Shown: positions 51,101 through 64,000 of the stretch, piece after piece
How positions within the stretch are numbered: the first letter of the stretch is position 1
Layout of the letters: each line of letters starts with the position of its first letter
Source: Tubulanus polymorphus
Taxonomy: Eukaryota > Animalia > Nemertea
NCBI RefSeq assembly: GCF_964204645.1
Contig: NC_134027.1
Location: 4,744,485 to 4,808,484 of the forward strand
DNA: 64,000 nucleotides
Reading direction: 5' to 3'
The notes under the pieces: generated by a model
The model's input: only the letters and a program-made list of their open reading frames with translations
Database searches by the model: none
Told to the model about the DNA's origin: nothing
Position numbers and translations under genes: made by a program

Positions 51101-54100
51101 GAATTACATTAGGAGCTCTGATTGTTTTAGATGTACATGGTAAGCATAAGAAATAAATGAGTTGTTCATTGAATTATCAGCTCTTGAAAACTGTTTTTAT
51201 ATTTACAGCTCGAGATGTAGTGAGTAACCTGCTCAGTACAGGCACAATGTCACCAAATGATTTCTCATGGATCAGTCAATTGCGGTATTACTGGGAGAGT
51301 CATGCAGTGATGGTCCGTATGATAACTACCTGTGTGCCATATGGTTATGAATATCTGGGAAATACTGGTCGGTTGGTTATTACCCCTCTCACTGATCGAT
51401 GTTACAGGCAAGTAGTAAGCATTATATGGAAATATTGAATTGTCACTTTTTACATTTTTTGCTTATTTCTTTTTAAGGACCCTAATGGGAGCCTTGCTAT
51501 TAAATCTTGGTGGTGCTCCTGAGGGACCAGCTGGAACTGGTAAAACAGAGACGTGCAAAGATCTTGCTAAAGTCGTTGCTAAACAGGTCAGCAAATAATT
51601 CCCAAACTATGTTGATTACTTCAATGGTATCCTTATCCTGTCAAATATTGTGTTTTTCAGTGTGTGGTTTTCAATTGCTCAGATGGCCTTGATTACAAAG
51701 CGATGGGGAAGTTTTTTAAGGGTTTGGCCCAGTCTGGTGCATGGGCTTGCTTTGATGAATTCAATCGTATTGAGCTGGAAGTTCTTTCTGTCGTTGCGCA
51801 ACAGATTCAAACTATACAGAGAGCTGTTGCTGAACAAGTTACTACATTTGTGTTTGAAGGAACAGAAATATCTCTCGATCCTTCTTGTACGATTTTCATC
51901 ACTATGAACCCAGGTTACGCTGGTCGTGCTGAGCTTCCTGATAATTTAAAGGTGTCAATTAATCCCGACTTTTTGATAACTTATGTCTTTGAGTGTTAAT
52001 AGATTATAACTTTCAGAATACATTTTCTTGTTAAGGTGCTATTTAGAACAGTTGCAATGATGATCCCAGACTATGCGCTCATTGCTGAGATATCATTGTA
52101 CTCTATGGGCTTCGTAAGAGCCCGAGAACTAGCTGCAAAAATTGTTGCTACATACAGACTCTGTTCTGAACAGGTAAATACTATGTTCAAAAGTCCAACA
52201 ACAAGCACGTATTTTATTTGAATGTGCCCTCTCAATGTTATAATTCATCAGCGTTTTGAGTAAAATCATTTATTTTCATTTTCAGTTGTCTTCACAGCAT
52301 CATTATGATTATGGAATGCGAGCTGTAAAATCAGTACTGACTGCGGCCGGTAACCTGAAGTTGAAATATCCCATTCAAGATGAAGCTGAACTTCTATTGC
52401 GTTCAATCAATGATGTTAATCTTCCAAAGGTATTTTCAGCCAAATTTGTGTTCTTTTTATCATATGCAGAATTTCGATATGATATTTCTTATTTTACATT
52501 GTAGTTTCTGTCTCATGATATTCCGTTGTTCGAAGGAATCATATCGGACTTGTTTCCTGGAGTTAAAGTGCCTAAACCCGATTATGGCCATCTTCAGGCA
52601 ACTCTGGTTGATGTGTTAGAAAAGAAAGGCCTACAGTCAATTCCGTGGTTCATTGAAAAGATTATTCAAATCTATGACATGATACTAGTTAGACATGGAC
52701 TAATGATAGTTGGAGATCCAATTGGAGGAAAAACATGTGCATTCAAGGCACTAGCAGCTGCACTAGGACAATTACACTCTCAAAATCTAATGGATGAAAA
52801 TCAGGTATTTCAATGAGCATTTCAAATTATTTTCAGTTTGATGACTTTGGCTATAACTCATTCATGTTTACCTACGTATGTCAAATCTAGGTTATATTCC
52901 GTATCATAAATCCTAAAGCTATAACAATGGGTCAGCTGTACGGACGTTTTGATCCTGTTTCTCATGAATGGTCAGATGGTGTCTTGGCTAATACATTTCG
53001 TGATCATGCAAGCAAGATCTCGGATGAACGCAAATGGATCATATTTGATGGACCTGTGGATGCTGTATGGATCGAAAACATGAATACTGTTCTTGATGAT
53101 AACAAGAAGGTGAGCTCATACAAACATATTTGGATGAAAGATGGTCGAATGGCTCCCATTTCTAATTAGTACCGTAATGTAACTAATGTTGCAGCTGTGT
53201 CTGATGAGCGGTGAGATTATTCAAATGAACAACAAACAGAATATGATATTTGAACCTAAAGACCTGGAACAAGCTTCGCCAGCAACTGTCAGTAGATGTG
53301 GTATGATCTACCTAGAGCCACATCAGCTTGGATGGGAACCGTTGGTGAAATCTTGGCTGATACATGGGTCACTTCCACCTGTACTCAACCAAGACCAAAA
53401 GTCTATCATCAAAGTTAGTTTAATATAAGTTGCCCTTGCATGGTTTGCAGTAAGTGTCTATATTCACAGCCACGATCACTTGCTCCTGGTCACTACTTTC
53501 AGATGTTATTTGAGTGGATGCTACCACCTTGCCTTAATTTTGTCACAAAAAGTTGTCGTCACTTTTTGTCATGTCACACGATGCACTTAACTATGAGTAT
53601 GTTAAAACTTTATACATGTATGTTGGAGGAAGTCAAGTAAGTAATATCACATTTATATCAAACGTGCATATGTGAGGTTGAGTGAGAAACTACAGTTACC
53701 GCAATTGCTCTGATAACCAGTGCATTTCATTGTCCTATACGTCTTAGAAAGTGTTAAAGAAGTTGTTTTTAATTATTTGCAGAACTATTGGAAGTGATGA
53801 TGAGAGTGATGAGGAATTTGATGATGATGATACAGAGAAACCCCCATCAATGTCTGAACAGAAACTTATCGAAGAAAGGACAAATATGCTGATATGCCAT
53901 TTCTTCTTCTCCATTGTTTGGTCAATTGGTGCTACACTTGATTGTCAATCACGGTTAAAGTTTGATGATTTTTTCCGTGGGTTGTGTGAAATGGAAGGCA
54001 GTTCTAAGTATCCAAGGTAATTCATGGGTAAAAGATCCTACTAGATGAATGTATACTAGATAACCCGGTAATTTAACTTTTCTCCTATTTTTATTTCAGA

Positions 54101-57100
54101 CCGAAGGATTTGAAGTTTCCGCGAAACTTGCTGATACCCAAGAAACTAACTATATATGATCATGTTTATATAAGGAAGACATATGGATCTTGGCACACGT
54201 GGAGCAGCCTTGTTGAAAAAATAGATATCGATGAAAAGGCAAAGGTAAATTTCTAAAATTCAAGCCTAAATTCAATCGTTAAGTAACCTTAGATACAAAC
54301 ATAATCTAATGTTTTATTATTTCTGTTTACAGACAGTGAAGGTGAGTTTTCCAAGTAGTAAAAGTATTTCTTTAACTACAATGCATATTTCTTTGAATGG
54401 AATTTCCGAAAATCTCTTCAAAGTTAAAATCATTGGCCAAAGTTCTTTTTATAATCAAATATGCATTTCTACCTTTCTTAATCATTAAGACATCTTCTGC
54501 ACTATCACTTTGAGTACCTGTAGCAATGAGTAGCAAGTATATTATGTTATCAAATCTTCAACGAGAATATTAACTGTAAAGGTTTTAGAGAATTTAGTGA
54601 TATTATATTTACTTGATCGTTCATATATTAAGGCTTTATCGTGCGATATACCTTATATACGTAATACATTAAAAAGTATTCCCATTATAATGTACATGTT
54701 AGAATCAACCAGAAAAAAGGAGGAAAAACAAAAAACGTTTTGATGTAAGTTGCAGCATGCTTCCTATATACCCATACAATACAGTACCTTTGTATGAAAG
54801 ATTTTTGGTCTTGTCTTGGATTTTGGGTTTCAACTGTCATGTTTTGTATTATACTTGAAGGTGAAAGGCTATATAAATGTACATACATATTTCATAGTAA
54901 ATTAAATGTTAAATGTTAGAATTATGTTTATAGATCTGTGTGTTTTATGATGTTATAGGGTATGTTTTGTAGGTAGAATATAAAATCTGGATATTAGTAC
55001 ATAAGTTACTTAAATTAGAAAATAATCCGCTAAAATTATTCATTACTAACGCATACATTTTCAGAGGTGATATTTTTGCCGGAGAGAAAAATGTAATATG
55101 AACTAAAATTGATTACTAGTAATGAAAAAAGATTCAAAACTGAATAAGTAGTTAGGTTAAAGTGTCTTTTGTTTGAAATTTGCATATTCATGTGTAAATG
55201 CCCGGTGTATTACAGCTTGAGTTGGACATTCGTATAATGGTAAGGTCTGAAATCCACACTTATTTATACATATTTATCCATTTGTCAAAATTACAGCATT
55301 GAAATTTATGTCCTCAATGCATAGTATCTTAGTGGTGGCGGAAATGCCTCTATGCGTACATAACTATGGATTCTAAGAAAAATGATCGCCGAATTATGGT
55401 GCATGATATGTTTAAGCATGGATAATTCAATTGCACAGTTTCTCCAAGAAACCAACATGCTTGATTCAAATCTCAGCATTGATTGCTTACTCATATATTC
55501 CTAATCTGTGGGCATGTGATCTTATAAGGTCTCAATTCTTGTGTTTGTGTGTATTTGTGGTTAGGAAAACCACTAGAGGTTTCAGGTGTTCTGAATTCAA
55601 CTGGTTTGGCATTTCTCATTTCACTTTATGAGCATGCTAACAATTAGATATCTTGCATGTTCTGTTGTTCAGATACACTATATATCACTTTTTGGTATTT
55701 GTACACGTTTTCTTGCAGTTTCTGTCATATATAGCTCTACGTACATATATAATGCATGTCACATATATTTATGCCACACTTATATAACCTCCACAGTGCG
55801 TATCACAGAAAAATCAATTGCTTTGCTGTCATCATCTTTCATCATTTTCCAACTTTCAATCTGGTATAGCTTCAATTTAATCGTTCTTACTATTGGTGTT
55901 TAAGGAAAATACGTTTTTGTATAGTAAATTACTAAGAGGATTAGAATTTAGACCACTGCTAGAATATCACACTGACGTTACTCTTTGGGATAATTTACCC
56001 TGGTAGATAGATACCTACTTAGGCTGACAGTTTTGATAGGAATGTTAATATTTGAATCTGTGATTCTTCAATACATTCATTTTATAAATTCTAGGTGAAT
56101 GAACTGATAATCAATACTGTGGACACAGTCCGACAAAGATATTTCCTTCAAAAGTTTATACCTTTGGGAAAGCCATTACTCTTTGTCGGCCCAACTGGAA
56201 CTGGAAAGAGCGCCATCACTAACAACTTCTTACTGGAATTACCAAAAGACAAATACATCCCGAGCAATGTCAACTTCTCAGCTCAGACATCAGCAAATCA
56301 AACCCAAGATATAATTTTTTCTAAACTAGAACGGTAATAAGTTGTCATCAGTCGACCTAATGAATGTTTTCTTGATCTTCAAGTTTAATATTTAAGTTGT
56401 ATGTGTATTTCATAAAGGAGAAAGAGGGGTGTATATGGTCCTCAGATTGGAAAGACATTGGTTGTGTTTGTTGATGATTTGAACATGCCAGCTAAAGAGA
56501 AATATGGAGCTCAGCCACCAATTGAATTACTACGACAGTGGATTGATCATGGTTATTGGTTTGACAGGTAAAAATCTACACTATTTTATGGTTTACTACG
56601 AAAATTACCTTTTTTGTGAATAAGATGTTAAGCAACTTCTTTGTTGAAACCTTGCAGAAAAGATACGAATATCCTTGAAATGATTGATATCATTATGGTG
56701 TGCGCGATGGGTCCACCAGGTGGTGGTAGAAATAATGTGACTCCTAGATTTCTCCGTCATTTCAATGTGATTGGTATTGAGTCATTCGATGAAGAGACGA
56801 TGAAAGGAATATTTCAACCAATTGTAGACTGGCATTTCAATCAGGGTTTCGAAACAGCGCTTAAGAGATTCTCAAAAGTAAGATTCATACAATATACCAA
56901 ATTTATGGGTGTAATCATCATAGATGAACATTATCTCACTTTTTTCCAGGTGATTGTCCATGCGACATGTGAAATCTATCAACAAGCAATCAATAACTTC
57001 TTACCTACGCCATCAAAATCTCATTATGTTTTCAACCTACGTGATTTCTCCAGAGTTGTTCAAGTATAACCCCCACATCATTCTCAAGATTCACATTCGT

Positions 57101-60100
57101 GTATTGATTTATATTTGTAACTTCAATTTCTTCCACTGTGAACATTTTAGGGGGTTTTGCTTTTGACTTCTAAATCAGTGCCAACTGGTACTGAAGGTGC
57201 TCATAAACTGATCCGCGTTTGGGTACATGAGGTTTACCGAGTATTCTATGATCGTTTGGTCGATGATTCAAATAGAGAAACTTTCTTCAAAATGGTGAAG
57301 GTAAGTTCACATCCCTAGAACTCTCGCTATTGTACATGCTGATCGATAAAAGTATCATATTGAATTGTGACTTTATTGTTTAGATGGCGACAGAGAGTCA
57401 GTTTAAAGAGAAAATGAATGTTGTGTTCAATCATTTATCAACTCCTGGTAAACAAGTTTGCGATGATGATCTACGCAGCTTAATGTTTGGTGATTACATG
57501 AGCAAGAAAGGCAAAGAACGAATGTATGATGAAATCAGTGACATTAAAGAATTGCGCAAGGTGAGTTTAGACCATTTCAGTACGTTCAGGCAATGCTTAA
57601 AAAGAATTTTGATTGAACTTCTTCTAATGGATATTCTTACAGACAATTGAAGGTTATCTTGAAGAATATAATATGATGAGTAAAGCACCAATGGACTTAG
57701 TTATGTTCCGATTTGCCATCGAACATATTTCACGCATCAGCCGGGTTCTCAAGCAGCCTAATGGACATTGCCTTCTTATTGGTAAACTGATTTCACATAA
57801 ATAATAGATTTGTATCATTCGTCTTCAGTATTATTTATCAATCTGCTTTTCTTTCTATCTACAGGAATTGGGGGTAGCGGTCGACAAAGTGCTTCTCGAC
57901 TGGCCGCATTTATGACTGACTTCGAGCTTTATCAGATTGAGATCACAAAAAATTACACATTCGCTGAGTGGAGGGATGATCTTCGTAAAATGATACGTAA
58001 GGCTGGGGATGATGGTGTGTCAACGGTTTTCTTATTCGGTGATCATCAAATAAAGGTAATGTTGAGAAAAGTTTGATATTGTGATTACGGAATGAAATTT
58101 GATATCATTTACCAGCATGTTTTGTTATTTAGGATGAGTCGTTTCTGGAAGATGTTAATATGATTCTGAACACTGGGGATATACCTAATCTTTATGAGAA
58201 TGAAGACAGACTGGAAATCATTGAACGGGTAACTATTCCCATTCAATCTACTGTACTTGAAATATGCATTTGTTGTGGATTTCAACACATTATTCTTATT
58301 TACAGATGCAGGCACTGACCCAAGCTGACAATCCTCTAGCTGAGATCACTCCTCTCAATATGTATAACAAGTTTATTGAAAGGGTTCGTCGCAATCTTCA
58401 TGTTGTTCTCGCATTCAGTCCGATTGGAGATGCTTTCCGTAATCGACTGAGAATGTTTCCTTCATTGATCAATTGCTGCACAATTGATTGGTTTCAGGTT
58501 AGCTCATTGTTTGGTGAACTATTTTCATTGTGAGAATCCATAATATATTCATAGACATATTTGCTATCCGTCTAGGCCTGGCCATCTGATGCACTTGAAT
58601 TAGTTGCAAATAAATTCTTAGACGACGTCGAAATGTCTCAGGAAATCAGGGAAGAAACTGTTATCATGTGTCAACATTTTCATCAAAGCGTTCGAAAACT
58701 ATCAGAAATGTGAGTACGAAAAGTAGTTCTGTGTTTCTTAATAGTACATGAAATTGAAAGGTCATTACCTTTTTCTGGTTCGCGGGATTCTGTTTTAGTT
58801 ACTATGAAACAATGAGACGTCAGAATTATGTAACACCCACATCTTATTTGGAGCTTATCAAGACATTTAAAAATCTACTAAATAAAAAACGACTGGAGCT
58901 GTTGACATTGAAGAATCGTTATTCTGTTGGATTAGAGAAACTAGACTTCTCTGAAAAACAGGTTAGCCTTGAATTTGTTGCTCAATTCAGTGATAGTACA
59001 ATAAATTCCACTGCCCAAAACATGCTTACATGTATACGATTTATCATATAGATATCGATAATGCAAAAGGAGTTACAAGATCTGCAACCAAAACTCATAG
59101 AAACGAGTAAAGAAACTGTTGAACTGATAGCTGTCATAGAAAAAGAAACTGTTGATGTTGAAGAAATAAAAAAGCATGTTGAAGAAGAAGAAGCAGTTGC
59201 AAATAATGCTGCGATGGAAGCAAAGGCTATCAAGGTAAATGTGTAGATGAACTATTCAAGCAAATGGAATTTTGTGTACTCACGTTACTAAGATTTACCC
59301 ATGGAATGTGTATACGTTTTTAGGATGAATGTGAAGAAAAACTTGCTGTAGCAATGCCAGCAATGAATGCTGCTATAGCTGCACTGAACACTTTAAAACA
59401 GAATGACATATCAATAGTAAAAGCAATGCAGAATCCTCCTATTGGTATCAAAATTGTCCTGGAAGCCGTTTGCATCTTAAGGGTATGGATTATATAGATT
59501 CATCGATAGTGATGTATTTGGATTGTATCAATTTGCCAGTTTCTGTATGAATAATTCAATTTTTATTACAGGGAGTAAAATCTGTAAATAAAGTTGATGC
59601 AAATGGTAAAACATATGAAGATTATTGGCCATCTGCGAAGAAGGTAATCAAGATTATTCAAAATTGTTAATAAATCAAGAATTTGCTTACAACGGAATCA
59701 TAACTTATTCATTTTCCTTTCAACATATCTTGTATCGTTGTATGACTTTTTCAGATGTTGGGTGAAATGAAATTTTTAGATTCATTGAAAGAGTTTGATA
59801 AAGACAATATTCCAGCACCTGTTATAAAGAAGATACGTGATCGTTATATCACAAACCCAGAGTTTGATCCTGAACGCATAAAAAACGTGTCATCAGCTTG
59901 TGAAGGCTTATGTCGATGGGTTCGAGCTATTGAAGTGTATGACAGTGTTGCCAAGGTATAGAACTGATTGAAATATTCTGTATTCAGCAGTCAAGTTTAT
60001 GTAAGAAAGCAAGTAACAGTTGAATTCATTTTGCAGGTCGTTGCCCCGAAAAGGAAAAGTCTGGTTGCAGCTGAAGGTATCTTGAAAGAACAGATGGGTA

Positions 60101-63100
60101 AATTAAAAGAGAAACAAGCTGAACTAAAAATTGTTACAGATAAACTGAATGGCCTCAATGAAAATCTAGAGACCAAACAGAATGAGAAAAAGGTAAGTTA
60201 CTTGTAATTGTAATATATACTCGTTCACGACGTATTTCCATATAAGATGGGTTTACATAGATGATTCAACTTTATAGAATCTAGAAGATAATATTGAACT
60301 GACTAAAGTGAAGATCGTACGAGCCGAAAAGTTGATAAGCGGTCTGGGCGGAGAAAAGGAGAGATGGAAACAGGTGCATATTTGAGACTTACTCGTTTTA
60401 ACTAAGATTTTTAGGATTGGATGATAAATTATGTATGCAACTACCTATATAAAGCTTCCATGCAGCAAGTTATTTTTTAATATATGAGGCAGCTCTCAGA
60501 AAAATTAAGAAGAATTAGCCTCGTGCTCGTGGAAGGAATTATTGAATAGCAAATTAGTTTTGTCTTTATAGAATATTGCAACCCTTAGTTACACATATGA
60601 TAATATTGTCGGTGATGTTCTACTGTCTGCTGGTGTCGTGGCATATATGGGACCATTTGACCTATCATATAGACAGGTATGGTGTTTATGTATTTCATTC
60701 AACCATCATTACTATCTGAAGTGATTGTGAGGAAATATAGAGTTTTTGTAATCCATGTTATTTACAGGGTTGCTTGAAAGAATGGTCTGATTTGTGTAGA
60801 CAGAAAGGTATACCTGTATCAGATGTGTTCAGTTTATCTGTTACCCTTGGTGAACCTGTGAAAATAAGAGACTGGCAGATTGCAGGACTTCCTGTTGATA
60901 AGTAATAGATATTCCTTATAACTCGGCAATCTGGAAATTTGAGCTCTGCATTTTTAGATGTATCTGAATTAAAATTGATTGTACTATTTTCAGTTTCTCA
61001 GTAGATAACGCTATTATAGTAACTTGTGCTAATCGATGGCCATTGATGATTGATCCTCAAGGCCAGGCAAATAAATGGGTGAAGAATATGGAGAAATCGA
61101 ACAAATTAGAGATAATGAAACTTTCAGACCCTAACTACCTCAGAACACTTGAAAACTGTTTACAGGTACTGTAGTATAAACCCATCTTAAGGGAATTTCA
61201 TCACATAATTATATAGCATTAATATTATGGAACGAAACCTCGTTTATTGCAGTTTGGAAATCCCTGCCTACTTGAAAATGTTGGTGAAGAGTTGGACCCG
61301 ATTTTGGAACCTTTGCTACTGAAACAAACGTTCAAACAGGTAATCATTGTTTTTAAGATACTTTCGATTATTGTTTGAGAAGTTCAATGCAGAAGATTCG
61401 ATTCTCTCAAATTTGAATTGTTTATTCAGAATGCTATGGACTACATCCGTCTTGGCGAACACATTATTGAATACAGTAGAGATTTTAGATTTTATATCAC
61501 AACAAGATTGCGAAATCCTCATTATTTGCCTGAAGTATCAGTTAAGGTTGGTACATCATCTTTCAGTAGTATGGTTACAATTGTCTTCTATTTCATCATC
61601 AGCTTTAGTTAGTGATATCTGAATGTTTTCAGGTTACACTTTTGAACTTCATGATAACACCGCTCGGTTTAGAAGACCAGTTACTCGGTATCGTTGCTGC
61701 CAAAGAAAAACCAGAACTTGAAGAGAAAAAGAATCAATTAATTCTTGAAAGTGCAAAGAATAAACGGCAATTGAAAGAAATCGAAGACAAAATATTAGAA
61801 GTGTTATCTTCATCAGAGGTACGTATTCATAGTACGCTTAGCTATCTTATATCAAACCTCAGATTTACGAAAAATGAACAGTTATAATATAAGCCTTAAT
61901 GGGCTTTATTTGAATGCAGGGGAACATTTTAGAGGATGAGACAGCAATAGAGATTTTGTCATCAAGTAAATCTTTATCTGAGGAGATTTCAATCAAACAA
62001 GAAACAGCTACAAAAACTGAGGAAGAAATAGATGAAGTTCGTAATGGCTACAGACCGGTATGTTCACACTGATATCCCCATTTATCCATCAAATACACAA
62101 AAACGCAGGTGATAGTGATCCATGTATCTCTGAATTTTGTGTAGGTGGCTAAGCATGGCAGTATATTGTTCTTCACGATCTCAGATCTAGCGAATATAGA
62201 CCCGATGTACCAGTATTCTCTCACCTGGTTCATCAATCTATATCTACAAGTAAGTTGTTCAATGAAAGTGGTCGAAAATAAAGACAGCGTAAATGTCTAG
62301 TGACCTTAAAAAGTCAATGTTTATTCCAGTGAATAAGCTGTGTTAATACGTCATTTGCACGTAAATTTCATTCTTTGGTTTTCAGTCAATCATGAACAGC
62401 GAGAAATCTGATGTACTGTGGGAGCGCATTGAGAATCTGAATGAACATTTTACATATAGCATTTATCAGAATGTTTGTCGATCATTGTTTGAAAAAGATA
62501 AACTACTATTTTCATTTATACTGTGCATTGGAATTGCAAGGGGAGAGTAAGTTGAATGCTATTGACTTTTGTAGATCATGTTTAGCATTTCATTTTTCAT
62601 ATATGAAGAAAAATTCAACTATTTTTACACATATACTCATTTCAGTGGTTGGGTTGATGATGACGAATGGAGGTTTTTACTAACTGGTGGCGTTGCCCTT
62701 GAAAATCCATTTCCTAATCCAGCCAGTAGCTGGTTACCGGAAAAGTCATGGGCAGAAATTGTTCGAGCGTCTGAGCTTTCAGCTTTCCAGGGTTTCATGG
62801 ATCATTTTCAGAAAAATGTTAGTATCCATTAGAAATACTTGACCTGAGTCAATGCCTGTTTTTTTTTAAAATAACTGACACAATTTTTCTCTTTAGTTGT
62901 CAGAATGGAAACAGATTTATGAGCATCAAAGTCCGCAAACGGAAAAGTATCCAGAACCATGGGATGAACAACTTACAAGAATTCAAGAGCTCATTATTTT
63001 GCGGTGTATTCGTCCAGATAAGGTAGTTATCGAAAAACTAAATTGCGCATGAAAATTGATCGAAAATAAGACCGTAGACCATAGAATTATCAACGCAAAA

Positions 63101-63290
63101 TGTTCTTTTCAGATGGTACCAGCCATTCAGTCATTTATTGTTGAACGAATGGGTCAGAAATATATCGAACCACCAACATTTGACCTGTCATTAAGTTATG
63201 CAGACTCTAACTACTTTTCACCGCTGATTTTCGTCCTATCTCCGGGTGCAGATCCGCTTGCTAGTCTGTACAAGTTTGCCGAGGAAAAAG
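39110..63290 (+). CDS. Axonemal inner-arm dynein heavy chain, DNAH3/DNAH7/DNAH12 class (DNAH3-like N-terminus); partial, continues beyond right edge
   Basis: Dozens of short exons encode the tail, linker ([38 protein letters not shown]), AAA1 (GPAGTGKT ~51524, [27 protein letters not shown]), AAA2 ([30 protein letters not shown]), AAA3 (GPTGTGKS), AAA4 (GIGGSGRQS), stalk/MTBD, AAA5 ([15 protein letters not shown]) and the start of AAA6 ([12 protein letters not shown]). The 5' exons 39110-39130, 39289-39399 and 40750-40944 are less certain. Exact paralog not resolved by eye. Confidence 0.93.
54333..54341 (+). other. Candidate 9-nt microexon (TVK) in dynein heavy chain
   Basis: ctaat branch-like motif, pyrimidine tract, then ttacag|ACAGTGAAG|gtgagt. 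Phase 0/0, matching the flanking exons (..GCAAAG|gt at 54244, ag|GTGAAT at 56095). Confidence 0.65.
55216..55239 (+). other. Candidate 24-nt microexon (LELDIRIM) in dynein heavy chain
   Basis: aatgcccggtgtattacag|CTTGAGTTGGACATTCGTATAATG|gtaagg. Stop-free, phase 0/0, with a TGC just upstream and six GCATG downstream. Confidence 0.45.
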
Positions 63291-64000
63291 GTACCGTCTC
63301 CAGATTTTTGCATTTTAATTCATTCAAGAATGTCGTATATGTTCTCTGGCAGCAATCTAACTTAAATACATACTTTCTATATTGTTCATCTCATTATGGT
63401 ACGTGTATACAATATAGGCATAATTGAGCGTTCATTTGTATCGAGTCGTCATAGCTCCGTAGCAAAGGCAAAGACAACAACACTATCCAACAATCAAAAT
63501 GATGTGCAGAAAAATGTTATGCTTAAGAGAAGCTATTCACGAGCATGTATGTTTTAATATATCTTCACCGTATTCATCATATCTGTCTGGTGGCACACTT
63601 CAGATTATAGCTGTGAAATTCACTTCCATCCTGATTTTAATATCGATATGAAGGACCTTCTTACAGTATGGTAAATGATTGATGAAGACGCGATGACAGT
63701 TCAACCAATGTCAATCTACAAAAACATGTTAGAAACTGATTATTAGATGATGCTAATTTTGTATAATGATAATTTAAAGGATGATGTAATCATCATCGGA
63801 ACAAGTTTAGCATACAATTAAGGTCCTTTTTCGGTGATTATGAAAATGATTGGTAAATCAGGTCTTGATATATGGTAATATATTGCTGTTTGATTTGATG
63901 TCTGTAGATATTTGATTGATAAAACTCGATCTAAAATCCACCCGTTTTTTTCCACATCACGTACTGTGAATTTTCTTCGCTCACTGTGTTTTTCATTCCA

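Noticed and set aside
1-64000. Prokaryotic-type systems (CRISPR arrays, operons, defence islands), rRNA/tRNA genes and U12 AT-AC introns
   Set aside because: The sequence is intron-rich eukaryotic DNA. No spaced direct-repeat array, rRNA or cloverleaf was seen, and the RTATCCTT matches noticed were not at exon boundaries.

Overview
AT-rich, gene-dense eukaryotic DNA with mostly short (~60-110 bp) spliceosomal introns. It is a bilaterian invertebrate, probably a compact spiralian/lophotrochozoan genome (inference). The ORF track mostly shows exon fragments; stitching them at GT/GC-AG sites gives nine genes: G-protein alpha-o exon 1 (-, runs off the left edge), an Ajuba/LIMD1/WTIP-family LIM protein (-), OSGIN (+), a MOLO-1-like TPM-domain membrane protein (+), an ankyrin/SOCS-box protein (-), GANP/MCM3AP (+), EFCAB10 (-), COG5 (+) and an inner-arm axonemal dynein heavy chain of the DNAH3/7/12 class (+, runs off the right edge). 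The most striking non-genic feature is a ~390-bp palindromic insertion at 19258-19643. It is flanked by a 13-bp direct repeat and consists of two inverted copies of a Penelope-like LTR unit: one carries an intact minimal type I hammerhead ribozyme, and the other has the catalytic core deleted. A second, divergent hammerhead core lies 1.3 kb away. Other highlights are two frame-preserving candidate microexons (9 and 24 nt) with a GCATG cluster between dynein AAA2 and AAA3, a structured GC-rich insert in a GC-AG intron of EFCAB10, an in-frame upstream ATG that would block Galpha-o myristoylation, and a candidate spliced antisense smORF nested in a dynein intron. All calls were read by eye; no database searches were run.
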